A DNA stretch of 64,000 nucleotides from Methanotrichaceae archaeon (GCA_963754945.1 CAVWIG010000024.1:1-64000); one strand, 5' to 3'. Positions 9,959 to 20,615 are shown, numbered from the stretch's first letter. Notes: generated from the sequence alone by a model not told the origin. A program made the numbers and translations.

Positions 9959-12900
9959 TTGTACATAAAGGAAGTCGAGCTGAAGAACTTCAAGTCCTTC
10001 GGAAAGAGGGTTCAGATACCTCTGTACAACGACTTCATTACCGTCACAGGACCTAACGGCAGCGGAAAATCGAACATCGTTGATGCCCTGCTCTTTGCTC
10101 TCTGCCTCTCCAACTCCAGGGCCATGAGAGCTGAGAGGCTGCCCGATCTTATCTACCGTGGAGACAACGGCCACAATCCCGATTTTGCCGAAGTAAAAGT
10201 CAGGCTCGATAACACCTCCCGGACAATGCCCGTCGATCTGGACACCATTGAGGTTTGCAGAAAGATCAAGGTGAACAAAGACAAGTACGCTTCTTCCTAT
10301 TATTTTAACGGAAAATCCTGCACCCATACCGAACTCCAGGATTATCTCTCCAAGGTGGGGATCAACCCCGAGGGATACAACATCGTCATGCAGGGCGATG
10401 TGACGCGAATCATCGAGATGACTCCAGTCGAGCGGCGCAAGATCATAGACGAGATAGCAGGCGTAGCCGAATTCGACGAGAAGAAGAAAAAGTCCATGGA
10501 AGAGCTTGAGGTGGTGAAGGACAGGATAGGCCGTGTGGACATAATCCTGGAAGAAGTGGGCTTCCAAATGGGCAGGCTGAAGGACGAACGAGACAGGGCA
10601 TTGTCCTATCAGGCTCACCGCGATGAGCTTCGGAGACAGGAGGCGTTTCTGCTTCTGGCTCGGCTCAGCGAGTCCAAGGGTGCCTTGACCACCCTCGACG
10701 CAGAGAGTGCCGCCCTCAGGGAGAAGATCGATCGGCTCAATCTGAAGTCGGCCACGAAGAAGGATGAGCTTGGAATCCTGGATGAACGATTGAAGGGGCT
10801 GAACTCTGAGATTGCCTTTAAAGGAGAAGACGAGCAGCTCCAGGTCAAGCGCAAGATAGAGGAGCTAAAAGGGGAGCGTGCCAGGGAGGAGGGGCGGATA
10901 GAGCTTGTCGACAGAACCCTGGAGGAGGTCGAATCCCAAGCTAAGACCTGCTTCATCCAAGTGGAGAAGATCCAGCAAGAGTCTGGTGAGTTGTCTGGAA
11001 GGATGAGGGATGCCAGCCTCAGAGGTGCCTCTCTTCAGGGGGAGCTGGAAGACCAGTTGGCCCTCTCGGATGTCGCCAGGAAGAATATCGCCGAGGCCGA
11101 TTCCCAGTACTCTAAGCTCAGGGACGATCTGTCCGGAGCCATGCAGCTCAGAGAAGCGTCAAAAGCCAACCTGGGTGACCTGATAAGGGAGAGGGACAGG
11201 CTGCTTGACGCAAGCCGAAGAGGCACATCTGAGCGGGATGAGATCGATGCCGCCATAGCGGAGACGCGTGCCACAGTTGCCGCAGCCGAAAGGGAGACAG
11301 ATGAGATAAAAGTTGAGCTGGCTGAGCTGAACAAAAAGGCTCTGGACCTGGAGAAGGATAGGGACGACCTTGAGAGGGCCAAACTTAAGGTCCGGAGGGA
11401 GATTGCCGAAGCTGAAAGGGAGATGCAGCGGCTTTCTGGTGAGCACGCAAAAACAGAGGCACGCCTTCGCGCCTCAGAAGACCGCTCAGGCTACAGCAGG
11501 GCAGTGGAGGCCATAAGGTCGGCCATCAAAAGGCAGATGCTCACAGGCCTTTACGGCACCATAGCCGAGCTTGGGGATGTCGGTTCCAAGTACTCGGCCG
11601 CCTTAGAGGTAGCAGCCGGCGCAAGGCTTCAGTCCTTAGTGGCCGACACCGATGAGGACGCCTCCATAGCAATAGACTACCTAAAGAGGTCTCAGATCGG
11701 CCGGGCCACATTCCTGCCCTTAAACCGCTTGGAACGCGGAGATCTTGTCCAGAAACCCGACCGTCCGGGAGTTATCGATTACGCCCTTAATCTCGTAGAT
11801 TTTGACCCCAAGTTCGCTCCTGCCTTCTGGTACGTCTTCAGGGACACCCTCGTTGTTGAGACTCTGTCTGATGCCCGGAGGCTCATGGGCAGGTACCGTA
11901 TGGTCACCCTCGAAGGAGACCTCGTGGAGAAGAGCGGAGCCATGACGGGTGGCCACTACAAGTCCAGGCTGAAGTTCGCGGCAGACGAGTCCAGCAAGCT
12001 TGCGGAGATATCTGAGAAGATCGCAACGGCGGAGGCTGAGCGAAACGCCAGGCTGAACCGACTGGACGAGATCGAGGAGGAGATCTCACGTCTGAGCCGG
12101 GATGTCGAAGAGCTTGACAAAGTCATCTCCAAGAAGACCTTCCGCATCGAGGAGATTCAGTCGGCTAGGCCCCGGCTGGAGAAGACCGTTCAAGAGAAGA
12201 TGGACCGATTGTCGCAGATGGAGGGAGAGTCCTCGTCCTTCAAAGAGCGGCTGAATACTCTCGAGATGGAAGTGCAAAGGATCGAAGAAACTCTTGCTGA
12301 AGAACAGCAGAAGATAAGCCGGATTGAAGGAGAGCTGGCCGGTTCGAACATCCCGGAGCTTGCGGCCTCGGCTGCCTTGGCCGAAGGAGAGGCCAAAAGG
12401 CTTCAAGAGAGGATCAGGGAGATCGATTCCGATATCCTGAAGGACAGGATCAGAGCTGACAGCGGTGCTGAGAAGCTAAAAGAGCTCCAAGGCAGGAGGG
12501 AGGCCATGGAGTCTCAGAGGAGCGAAGCCCTGGAGCGCAAACGAGTTGCAACTGAGCGCATACCAGCCATAGAGACACAGATGCGTCTGGTAGCTATCAG
12601 GGAGGCAGAGATCGAGGTTGAACTGCACGGACTCAAGGGTGAGCGCAGCATCCTCGGAGAACAGCTCCTGGCCTTGCAGAAGGATCTGGACCTGATAGAC
12701 CGGGAGATGGATAAGACAGAGGCCCGCTTGATGGCTGCCGATGCTGCTGCTGCCCAGACCAGGGCTCAGGTTGAAAGCCTAAGGTCAGAGATCGAGGCCT
12801 GTGGAGTCGATTCGAACCAGGAGCCCCCCAGAAGCGAAACTGTAGCCCAGAAGATCAAGGCCCTGGAAGCAGCTATGCGAGAGCTTGAGCCTGTGAACAT

Positions 12901-13474
12901 GCTGGCCATAGAGGAGTACGATCGCGTTTTGAAGAGGCACAGCATCCTCCAGGAGCGGCGAGATACTCTGAACAGTGAGCGTGAGGCCATTATAGACAAA
13001 TTGAACAAGTACGACCTGATGAAGAAAGAGGCGTTTCTCTCGACCTTCCTGGAGATTAACAGGAACTTCAACGACATCTTCAAGGAGCTGTCCAAGGGCG
13101 AAGGCGAACTGATCCTGGAGTTTCCCGACGATCCCCTGGGCGGCGGAATGACCATAAAGGCCCGGCCTGCAGGCAAGCCCTTCCATAGGCTGGAGGCCAT
13201 GTCGGGCGGCGAGAAGAGCCTTACCGCACTGTCCTTCATCTTCGCCATTCAGATGTTTCGGCCCGCACCCTTCTACGCCATGGACGAGATCGACATGTTC
13301 CTCGACGGCGTAAATGCGGAGCGTGTGGCCAAGCTGATCAAGAAGATCTCCAGCAGAGCCCAGTTCTTGGTGGTCTCTCTGAGGAAACCCATGATCCAGC
13401 AGGCAAAGTACACCATCGGTGTAACTATGCAGGAAGATAACATCTCCAGCGCAACTGGAATTTACACGAGCTGA
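9959..13474 (+). CDS. smc: Chromosome segregation protein SMC
   Basis: GPNGSGKS Walker A, long coiled coils, hinge GRATFLPL, MSGGEKS signature, MDEID Walker B. Confidence 0.97.
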   Translation: MYIKEVELKNFKSFGKRVQIPLYNDFITVTGPNGSGKSNIVDALLFALCLSNSRAMRAERLPDLIYRGDNGHNPDFAEVKVRLDNTSRTMPVDLDTIEVCRKIKVNKDKYASSYYFNGKSCTHTELQDYLSKVGINPEGYNIVMQGDVTRIIEMTPVERRKIIDEIAGVAEFDEKKKKSMEELEVVKDRIGRVDIILEEVGFQMGRLKDERDRALSYQAHRDELRRQEAFLLLARLSESKGALTTLDAESAALREKIDRLNLKSATKKDELGILDERLKGLNSEIAFKGEDEQLQVKRKIEELKGERAREEGRIELVDRTLEEVESQAKTCFIQVEKIQQESGELSGRMRDASLRGASLQGELEDQLALSDVARKNIAEADSQYSKLRDDLSGAMQLREASKANLGDLIRERDRLLDASRRGTSERDEIDAAIAETRATVAAAERETDEIKVELAELNKKALDLEKDRDDLERAKLKVRREIAEAEREMQRLSGEHAKTEARLRASEDRSGYSRAVEAIRSAIKRQMLTGLYGTIAELGDVGSKYSAALEVAAGARLQSLVADTDEDASIAIDYLKRSQIGRATFLPLNRLERGDLVQKPDRPGVIDYALNLVDFDPKFAPAFWYVFRDTLVVETLSDARRLMGRYRMVTLEGDLVEKSGAMTGGHYKSRLKFAADESSKLAEISEKIATAEAERNARLNRLDEIEEEISRLSRDVEELDKVISKKTFRIEEIQSARPRLEKTVQEKMDRLSQMEGESSSFKERLNTLEMEVQRIEETLAEEQQKISRIEGELAGSNIPELAASAALAEGEAKRLQERIREIDSDILKDRIRADSGAEKLKELQGRREAMESQRSEALERKRVATERIPAIETQMRLVAIREAEIEVELHGLKGERSILGEQLLALQKDLDLIDREMDKTEARLMAADAAAAQTRAQVESLRSEIEACGVDSNQEPPRSETVAQKIKALEAAMRELEPVNMLAIEEYDRVLKRHSILQERRDTLNSEREAIIDKLNKYDLMKKEAFLSTFLEINRNFNDIFKELSKGEGELILEFPDDPLGGGMTIKARPAGKPFHRLEAMSGGEKSLTALSFIFAIQMFRPAPFYAMDEIDMFLDGVNAERVAKLIKKISSRAQFLVVSLRKPMIQQAKYTIGVTMQEDNISSATGIYTS

Positions 13475-13479
13475 TCCAT

Positions 13480-14190
13480 TTGAAAGAAGAGACGACTCCC
13501 GAGAATTCCTCGGTAACAAAGGCTGATCCTAAAGCGGACGACCTGGAGTTCGGCGAGCCTGCGGAGGTCTTGGTGGAGCTGGCCAAGCGCGGAGAGCTGG
13601 ACCCCTGGGACATAGACATCGCCAGGACGACCGAGAAGTTCTTGGATTACATCGATTCCCTGGAGAAGCGTGACCTGAGGATTCCTGCCAGGACTCTGCT
13701 CTATGCCAGCATTCTATTGCGAATGAAGTCGGACTCCATGGAGGGAGGCGTGGAGGTTGCACCTGAGCAGGAGCCGGATGATGAGTGGATCGGTGAGGAG
13801 GTATTCGACCAGCTTCCCTCCCCTCCGGTGAGGAGGCACACCAAGCGGCCTGTAACCCTGGAAGAGCTGATCTCCGAGCTGAAGAAGGCCGAGATGGTGG
13901 GCAGAAGGAAGGCCATGCGGGAGAGGTGGCCTGAGTCTCCGGCAGAGAAGACCCTTGACCTGTCCCACGAGGAAGGCATAGAGGAGCATATAAAAGCCCT
14001 GGAGCCCATTCTGGACGACATGCTGGGAAGCAGCGATAAGGTCTCGTTCGAGGCTGTCAGAGGCAAAGAAAGCATCATGAACTACGTCTCTCTGCTCTTC
14101 ATGGCTCAAAGAAAACAGGTCTGGCTTGAGCAGGAGGAGTTATTCGGCGAGCTTTACATAAAGCAATATCCGAATCAGCCGCCGACCTAA
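13480..14190 (+). CDS. scpA: Segregation and condensation protein A
   Basis: DPWDIDI, RPVTLEELI and LEQEELFGEL motifs; directly follows smc. Confidence 0.93.
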   Translation: MKEETTPENSSVTKADPKADDLEFGEPAEVLVELAKRGELDPWDIDIARTTEKFLDYIDSLEKRDLRIPARTLLYASILLRMKSDSMEGGVEVAPEQEPDDEWIGEEVFDQLPSPPVRRHTKRPVTLEELISELKKAEMVGRRKAMRERWPESPAEKTLDLSHEEGIEEHIKALEPILDDMLGSSDKVSFEAVRGKESIMNYVSLLFMAQRKQVWLEQEELFGELYIKQYPNQPPT

Positions 14191-14213
14191 CCAGAGTAAT
14201 AATTGTTTAGGTA

Positions 14214-16187
14214 TTACTGGATGTCATCAAACTGCCTTGCTCTCTGTTCAATGATTTCAGGAATCAAGCTCGAAAACACGACCAAATTAAGCCCGCTTGG
14301 TTCGTCCAGTTCAGGATTTCGCGTGGGGCTGTCCCTTGTTTCGCAGTGAACCCCAATCAAAAAACCCTCTGGTGGATCTGTTAAATCCCTTACACTTAAT
14401 CTGTCACGACCACTTTTACGATTAATGTTATTAGGTTTGGTTATTACGGGGCTTCCACTTGTTCCACGATGTAAGCGTGCATCAATAAGAATTCCTTGGT
14501 TGTCTTCGTAAGGGACAGGATACACAGATGCTAAAGTTGCATTACGGATTATTGGAAGGTTATGTCGTTTATCGGATAAGTCCAAGGGGTATCCAATTAC
14601 AAGTAGGTCATTCCCAATTGTGATATAAAGTTTTGGAGGTATTTGATTTTCAGCGCTTAATGCCTCGATATGAAATTTTGATCTGACTGCACCAAATTCT
14701 AAGGGTATTGCCACAAGATCAAGATTACTGCCGTAAATTGGATGTTCAAGCCATACAGGCTCGCCCTTCTCGTTATGAAGGCGGATGGAAAAATGGCTAC
14801 TTTTATTTATGTTCTCACGGGTATGCAGAAATAATCTAATCTCGTCAGGTAAATATCCTTCTGTTTCATCAATTACAACATGTCGGTTGGTTATGAAGTA
14901 CAATCCTTCTGCCTGATAAAAGAAACCAGATGCTGAATCATCGACTATTTTTTTGCATTCCTTGAATGGCTGCACGCTAGATACTGCATACACAAAATCA
15001 TTTACATCTTCTACTTTCATTAGTTTTTGGACTAACTTCGGCCCTTCGACCAATTCGTAATACCCGCCCTTCGTCGCAAGCTCATCAAATCTCTGCACAC
15101 TTCCAGCCGGGAATCCTTTTCCCATCATCGCAAAAGGCACCGGCTCTCTGGTGTGCGTCCGCAAGGATATCGGCGTAGCATGATCGGGCAACAGCAGAAC
15201 GCGCCAATCCTCTCCCGACACCTTCAGCCCCCGGATCATTGGACCCACAACGTTCTGGTCGAATAGCTCTATCGCCTTTACCTTCAGCCCCACATCTCCC
15301 TCATGTCCCGCCTCGTCCGGGGCCTCGACGTGCAGATACACAAAGTCCAGATGCTTCAGTGCCTCCAGTGCAGCCTGTACCTTGCCAGCATAATTGGTGT
15401 CTATGTCGCCTGTAGCTCCTGGAACATCGATCACATCCATGCCGGCATAGGTCCCTATACCCTTGAGCAGGTCCACGGCTGAGATCATGGCTCCCTGGAG
15501 ACCGAACCGATCCTGGAATGTGGGCATGCTGGGGGCAGGACCCTGGCCCCAAAGCCAGATCATGTTTGCAGGCCTCTTGCCATCGGTTATGCGCTTCTTG
15601 TTCACCGGGTGCGAGGCAAGTACGGGTCGCGTGGCTTCCATAAGCTCGATGAGAAGTTCAGAGTCTTTGCCCCTGGGCAGATAATCTTCAATGGGCCTGT
15701 CCATGATGTCGTGCGGAGGAGTGCAGACCGCCTCTGCTCCTGCCGTGAGCACCAAAAGGTTTCGGTAGCTAACGCCTGGATAAAGCCTGCCTCCTGGCAT
15801 GAGCGGCTTCAATGACGTAATCAGCTCCCGGCCTTCATCGCTGGTAATGTGGCCGGCGCTGTAGTCCTCCATTAGTCCGTTCGTGACGGTAACGAAGTTG
15901 CATCGAAAAGCGATATCTTCTTTTGCCAGGTGGACTCCCATGGACGCCGCCTCCAGCGGAGCCCTGCCGGAGTAGTACTTGTGAGGATCGTAGCCAAGGA
16001 CAGAAAGGTTGGCTACATCGCTTCCCGGTGGCAAGTCATCAGGAACTGTACTGACAAGACCGGTACGTCCCTGTCTAGCGATTAGGTCCATGTTGGGCTT
16101 ATTGGCGGCCTGCAGCGGCGTTTTTCCACCTAGCGAGTCGATGGGATGATCGGCCATCCCATCTCCGAGGAGGATTACATACTTCAT
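14214..16187 (-). CDS. apgM: Cofactor-independent phosphoglycerate mutase fused in frame to a C-terminal trypsin-like serine protease domain
   Basis: Start reassigned to MKYVILLGDGMAD (16187); PGSDVAN, HVEAPDEAGH, PDHATP; then about 268 aa (15020-14214) with TNRH, DLVAI and RGTSGSP. Confidence 0.85.
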   Translation of the reverse strand: MKYVILLGDGMADHPIDSLGGKTPLQAANKPNMDLIARQGRTGLVSTVPDDLPPGSDVANLSVLGYDPHKYYSGRAPLEAASMGVHLAKEDIAFRCNFVTVTNGLMEDYSAGHITSDEGRELITSLKPLMPGGRLYPGVSYRNLLVLTAGAEAVCTPPHDIMDRPIEDYLPRGKDSELLIELMEATRPVLASHPVNKKRITDGKRPANMIWLWGQGPAPSMPTFQDRFGLQGAMISAVDLLKGIGTYAGMDVIDVPGATGDIDTNYAGKVQAALEALKHLDFVYLHVEAPDEAGHEGDVGLKVKAIELFDQNVVGPMIRGLKVSGEDWRVLLLPDHATPISLRTHTREPVPFAMMGKGFPAGSVQRFDELATKGGYYELVEGPKLVQKLMKVEDVNDFVYAVSSVQPFKECKKIVDDSASGFFYQAEGLYFITNRHVVIDETEGYLPDEIRLFLHTRENINKSSHFSIRLHNEKGEPVWLEHPIYGSNLDLVAIPLEFGAVRSKFHIEALSAENQIPPKLYITIGNDLLVIGYPLDLSDKRHNLPIIRNATLASVYPVPYEDNQGILIDARLHRGTSGSPVITKPNNINRKSGRDRLSVRDLTDPPEGFLIGVHCETRDSPTRNPELDEPSGLNLVVFSSLIPEIIEQRARQFDDIQ

Positions 16188-16233
16188 CAATCCCTCATCC
16201 CTGAAGCATCTTCCTATGCTGAATTTTACGCGT

Positions 16234-16917
16234 CTATGCAGAAGCTTTGGTCGCCTTAGCCGATGCCTTTGAAGGAGCCTTGGCCTTCTCGGCCTCCTCA
16301 CGGGCGTTTATCTCCGCCAGGTGCTTGTTCAGAACTTTGGCCAAGGTGTTCAACTTCACTCTGGTGCAAGTGGCTCCTCTGGTGACACCGGTTACGATGT
16401 CCACTACAGTTCCCTTGGTCTGGGTCTTCTGCCTGGGCGGCTTGACCAGCCTGGTTCTTATTCCCTCCTTGGCAAAGTCCTCGAAGTCCATAGGGCACTG
16501 AGCCACAATCACTGCCGGTATGTCAACCAGCGCCAGCACCTCCTTGGCCTTGAAAATTGCGTGGGACCGGACGTTGCCCAGGTGGATGACGGCGATCTTA
16601 TGTCTGTTGATCTGCTCCACCTCCTTCTCGCTCAATCCGAAGGTTGGGCCGTACCCGCGGGATGATTGAGGGAAGCTCTCCGGAACACCCGTGCCGGCCT
16701 CAAGGACCAGGACGCTGGTCTGGATTCCCTCGCGCCGAAGGCCGTAGGTCATCTCGCAAACAGGCTTGGTTATATGCCTGCGGCCTGGAGACATTGCAAT
16801 GGCTATCACATCCGGTTTTGTGGCCTCGGATAGGGTGCCTCGCTGAGCAAGCCCTCCGCCCTTGGCCAGTCCCATGCTCTCCCTGCAGTCCACAACCTGA
16901 GTTGCCCTGCCGATCAT
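16234..16917 (-). CDS. mcrC: Methyl-coenzyme M reductase operon protein C
   Basis: VVDCRESMGLAKGGGLAQRGT, MSPGRRHITKPVCE and IVTGVTRG motifs. Confidence 0.9.
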   Translation of the reverse strand: MIGRATQVVDCRESMGLAKGGGLAQRGTLSEATKPDVIAIAMSPGRRHITKPVCEMTYGLRREGIQTSVLVLEAGTGVPESFPQSSRGYGPTFGLSEKEVEQINRHKIAVIHLGNVRSHAIFKAKEVLALVDIPAVIVAQCPMDFEDFAKEGIRTRLVKPPRQKTQTKGTVVDIVTGVTRGATCTRVKLNTLAKVLNKHLAEINAREEAEKAKAPSKASAKATKASA

Positions 16918-17006
16918 AATACTAGGATAGCCCGGACAAAGGATATAGATCTACCGCGGAACGGCATGAAGTAGAAGGGAGGGATTTTAAAGGCCCTGGA
17001 CAACTA

Positions 17007-17810
17007 ATGCTCATGCTGTTATTCATCGGCCTGGGCCTGTACGACGAATTGGACATCTCAGTCAAGGGCCTGGAAGCGGTCCGAAAAGCGGACAAGGTCT
17101 ATGCCGAGTTCTACACCTCTCGCCTGATGGGGGCCTCTGTCCAAGATCTTGAGAGGCTCTACGGCAAGAAGATCCATCTACTGTCCAGAAGCGATGTCGA
17201 GGTGGACCCGTCCTGGCTGAAGGAAGCCCTGGAGTCGAACGTGGCTTTCCTCGTGGGCGGCGACCCTATGGTTTCCACAACCCACCTGGACCTGCGGCTC
17301 AGGGCCTTGGAGCTGGGAATAAAAACAAAGGTCATCCACTCCTCGTCCATAGTAACTGCCGTCTCTGGAGCAACCGGCCTGCAGAACTATAGGTTCGGCC
17401 GGTCAACCACAATACCATTCGACTACACTGTTCATGGGAAGAGGGTAGTTCCCGAGACGCCTTACCTGGTTCTGAAGGAGAACCTGGATAGGAACCTGCA
17501 CACCATGCTCTTTCTCGATATCCAGGACACGAGGTACATGACAGTCAACCAGGGAGTAGAGCTGCTCATGGAGATGGAAAAAGCTGCTGGAGATAACGGC
17601 CTTCATGACTCTCTGGGCGTTGGCATAGCCCGGGCAGGATCCGATGACTCCACCGTCAAGGCCGACCTTCTGGGAAAGCTCAAGAGCTACGACTTCGGCG
17701 GTCCACTGCACATCCTTGTTATTCCGGCAAAGCTGCACTTCATGGAGGCTCAGGCTCTTGTGGCCCTGGCTGGGTCTCCCCAGGAGATCATTGAGAAGGC
17801 AGAAGACTGA
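17007..17810 (+). CDS. dph5: Diphthine synthase
   Basis: [43 protein letters not shown]. Confidence 0.95.
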   Translation: MLMLLFIGLGLYDELDISVKGLEAVRKADKVYAEFYTSRLMGASVQDLERLYGKKIHLLSRSDVEVDPSWLKEALESNVAFLVGGDPMVSTTHLDLRLRALELGIKTKVIHSSSIVTAVSGATGLQNYRFGRSTTIPFDYTVHGKRVVPETPYLVLKENLDRNLHTMLFLDIQDTRYMTVNQGVELLMEMEKAAGDNGLHDSLGVGIARAGSDDSTVKADLLGKLKSYDFGGPLHILVIPAKLHFMEAQALVALAGSPQEIIEKAED

Positions 17811-17901
17811 GGTCAGATTTAGGGACCGAACATAAAAAGAGAGAAGAGGGGAAAACCTTTAATAAGGGTCCAGTATTCCCCCAGCCATACCGGAGGAATA
17901 C

Positions 17902-18072
17902 ATGCCCAAGGTCACCGTGGAGATCCCTCAGCACATAATCGATGATGTAAACGCCCACGTTGGCGATGGAAAGAAGTTCATAAACTTCTCTGATGCAGTC
18001 AGGACAGCGCTACGAAAGATGCTTGACCAGCTCGATGAGGTCGATCGCCGCAGAGGAAGGGTTTCGGAATGA
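17902..18072 (+). CDS. CopG/ribbon-helix-helix small DNA-binding protein (56 aa; not in ORF track)
   Basis: MPKVTVEIPQHIIDDVN...FINFSDAVRTALRKML; GGAGG RBS; ATGA overlap with queD. Confidence 0.8.
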   Translation: MPKVTVEIPQHIIDDVNAHVGDGKKFINFSDAVRTALRKMLDQLDEVDRRRGRVSE

Positions 18073-18416
18073 AGATCGGCCTATGCATGGAGTTCGACGC
18101 GGCACACCACCTGCCCGGCTACGACGGCAAATGCTCCAGAGTCCATGGACACACCTACAAGACCGAAGTAATTATCGACGGCCCAGTGGGAGAGGACGGG
18201 TTTGTGATGGACTTCTACTCCCTGAAAAAGTCGGTTTCCTCCGCCCTGGAGGAGCTGGACCACAGAGATCTGAACGAAGTAGTCCCAAACCCCACGGCCG
18301 AGCATATAGCAGGGTGGATATTCCAGCGTTTGAAGAGAGACCTCGATGGCACACCGGTAAACCTGGTTTCTGTCAAGCTTTGGGAAGGCAAGAACAAATG
18401 GGTGATGATAGAATGA
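18069..18416 (+). CDS. queD: 6-carboxytetrahydropterin synthase
   Basis: FDAAHHL, CSRVHGHTY, LDHRDLN, PTAE. Confidence 0.93.
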   Translation: MKIGLCMEFDAAHHLPGYDGKCSRVHGHTYKTEVIIDGPVGEDGFVMDFYSLKKSVSSALEELDHRDLNEVVPNPTAEHIAGWIFQRLKRDLDGTPVNLVSVKLWEGKNKWVMIE

Positions 18417-19093
18417 AGATTGCGAAGAAAGCAGTCTGCCTTTGCTCCGGCGGCATGGACTCAACTACCGCTGCCACAATTGCCAAGCGGGCAGGCTATG
18501 AGCTGTACCTGTTTCACGTTAACTACGGCCAGAAGGCCGAGAAGAAGGAGCTTGAGGTGATATCGAAGCTCAAAGAGGCGCTTGGGGCCGCGGATCTGGT
18601 CTCTGTGGACATAGACCTGTTTCGCAACCTTTCAGCCCTGACCACCCCCGAAGCCGCGATACCAACGGGAGACCAGGTTGACCTCAACGCCAAGGCCACA
18701 CCACCAACCTGGGTCCAGTGCAGGAATCTGGTCTTTGTCTCTCTGGCTGCAGCATATGCCGAATACATAGGGGCGGAGCGGATTTACGTTGGGTTCAACG
18801 CTGAGGAGGCTCAATCCTACCCTGACAACCGTCCAGAGTTCGTTGAGAGGTTCAACTTCCTACTGCCGAAGGCAGTGGCGTCCTTCAGCAAGCCTCCTGT
18901 CATCGAGGCTCCACTGGTCAACATGTTCAAGAGGGAGATCGTCAAGACCGGCGTCGAGGTTGGGGCACCCCTGGCGTTGACCTGGTCGTGCTACCTGAAC
19001 GGCAAGTTGCAGTGCGGCACATGCGAGTCCTGCCAGCACCGCAAGAGAGGCTTTACGGAGGCTGGTGTTGCCGATCCCACCGAGTACGCTTGA
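18413..19093 (+). CDS. queC: 7-cyano-7-deazaguanine synthase
   Basis: Start MKIAKKAV (ATGA overlap with queD); SGGMDS, YPDNRPEF, TWSCY..CGTCESC. Confidence 0.93.
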   Translation: MKIAKKAVCLCSGGMDSTTAATIAKRAGYELYLFHVNYGQKAEKKELEVISKLKEALGAADLVSVDIDLFRNLSALTTPEAAIPTGDQVDLNAKATPPTWVQCRNLVFVSLAAAYAEYIGAERIYVGFNAEEAQSYPDNRPEFVERFNFLLPKAVASFSKPPVIEAPLVNMFKREIVKTGVEVGAPLALTWSCYLNGKLQCGTCESCQHRKRGFTEAGVADPTEYA

Positions 19094-19841
19094 GGGCAAC
19101 GTTGGAGAGATCTTCTCCAGCATTCAGGGCGAGGGGCCTCTAATCGGCCGAAGGCAGATCTTCGTGCGCACGGCAGGGTGCGGCCTGACATGTAGCTACT
19201 GCGACACCCAAGGCTATGGGAAGCCCGTGGAGACGTGCAGAATTGAGCATCCACCGGCATCGGGATGCTTTTCTGTAATCCCCAATCCGATTAGCGTTAA
19301 GGCAGTTATAGAACAGATTGATAGACTGCGCAGTCCGGGTCTGCACAGCGTCTCCATTACCGGAGGCGAGCCGCTTTGCCAGCATCATTTCGTGGGAGCA
19401 CTTGCGGATGAGTGCAGGTCCTCGGGGATGAGGGTGTACCTTGAGACCAACGGCTACTCTGTCAGTCGTTTCGAAGAGATCGTCGACGTCATCGACTTTG
19501 CAGCAATTGACCTGAAGCTTCCGAGCCACAAAGCATGCCCTGACTCTCAGTGGCCTGACCTCATCGAGAACGAGCTGGCCTGCACGAAGATGTCTTCAGA
19601 ATATGGAGTCTACACCATAGTTAAGATAGTCATCCTCTCCGGCACCCGAACTTCAGAAGTGGAGGACGCATGCATGCGCCTGAAGGATATTGATGCATTC
19701 CTTGTGCTGCAGCCAGCCTCAGGTGCTCAGAAGCCAAAATCTATAGACCTGATCCACATCCAGGAAGTGGTATCCAGGTATCTGGACCTCGATAAAGTAG
19801 CGGTTATTCCCCAGGCCCATAAGCTCATGGGGGTTCTTTAG
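19065..19841 (+). CDS. queE: 7-carboxy-7-deazaguanine synthase (radical SAM)
   Basis: EIFSSIQGEG, GCGLTCSYCDT, TGGEPL, PQAHK. Confidence 0.92.
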   Translation: MLPIPPSTLEGNVGEIFSSIQGEGPLIGRRQIFVRTAGCGLTCSYCDTQGYGKPVETCRIEHPPASGCFSVIPNPISVKAVIEQIDRLRSPGLHSVSITGGEPLCQHHFVGALADECRSSGMRVYLETNGYSVSRFEEIVDVIDFAAIDLKLPSHKACPDSQWPDLIENELACTKMSSEYGVYTIVKIVILSGTRTSEVEDACMRLKDIDAFLVLQPASGAQKPKSIDLIHIQEVVSRYLDLDKVAVIPQAHKLMGVL

Positions 19842-19869
19842 AGCTGAAAGGCAGAGCAGTCTATAATGC

Positions 19870-20265
19870 TCAATCCCTTGTACTTGTCCAATCGATACTC
19901 TGCTCCATGGGCTCGGCGGAGTCGCCAGCCTGCTCTTTGACCTCGGCGTTCTCCTTCAACCTGGCCTCGTAGTACTTCTTGTACTTCTCGCTTCGCTCGT
20001 TCTTCTCCCATTCACCGATCTTCTTGTCAATGGCCTCTAACATGTACTCCTTTGCCGCCATCACAGTCTCCAGATCGCCTCTCAGAACCAGGATCTCCCT
20101 GTCCATGACCTCTCCGGTCATGTCCATCTTGCCCTTCTTCTTCACAAGGTCCAGCTCGAATTTCTCCACAAGCTCGCGGATGACTGAGACCGGCGCGCTT
20201 AGGGGGATTGCCAGGTCGAACAAACCGGTTAGATCTTCTTTTTCTTCTTTTTTGGGAGCGTCCAT
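19870..20265 (-). CDS. Hypothetical charged protein
   Basis: 131-aa ORF with host-like codon usage and an upstream GGTGA RBS. Confidence 0.7.
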   Translation of the reverse strand: MDAPKKEEKEDLTGLFDLAIPLSAPVSVIRELVEKFELDLVKKKGKMDMTGEVMDREILVLRGDLETVMAAKEYMLEAIDKKIGEWEKNERSEKYKKYYEARLKENAEVKEQAGDSAEPMEQSIDWTSTRD

Positions 20266-20538
20266 AAAAATATCACCAGGCGAACTCTTCCTGTTTGGAT
20301 TTAAGGCTGTCGAAGGACTGATTTCTGGTGAACTGCTGTGTTGAGTTGCGCCCGAGATAGCTAGCCGCCATTCATGATCTCATCTCTCTCACTGGATACG
20401 CTGATTCGGATGGGTGGTAGGATCAAAAGAGCGATTCAATGGATACGAAATGCCAAAGGAGGAAACTCCTTGACATAGATGAACTTGAAGAGACAGGGAA
20501 ACTGTTATTAATGGGATCTACAAACCCACAGGCGGGCC

Positions 20539-20615
20539 GGGCCCGTAGCTTAGCCAGGTTGAGCGCACGGCTGATAACCGTGAGGTCACGCGTTCAAATC
20601 GCGTCGGGCCCACCA
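20539..20615 (+). tRNA. tRNA-Ile(GAT) with encoded CCA
   Basis: Acceptor stem GGGCCCG/CGGGCCC, anticodon arm CACGG-CT-GAT-AA-CCGTG, T arm GTTCAAATC, ends ACCA. Confidence 0.95.

Noticed and set aside
9614-10618. Long antisense ORFs (also 5016-5726, 7216-8142, 12785-13519, 49848-50831)
   Set aside because: Shadows of well-supported genes on the opposite strand, with no recognisable motifs.
17993-18412. N-terminal extension of QueC (366-aa ORF)
   Set aside because: Overlaps the RHH gene and queD in other frames; the likely start is ATG 18413.
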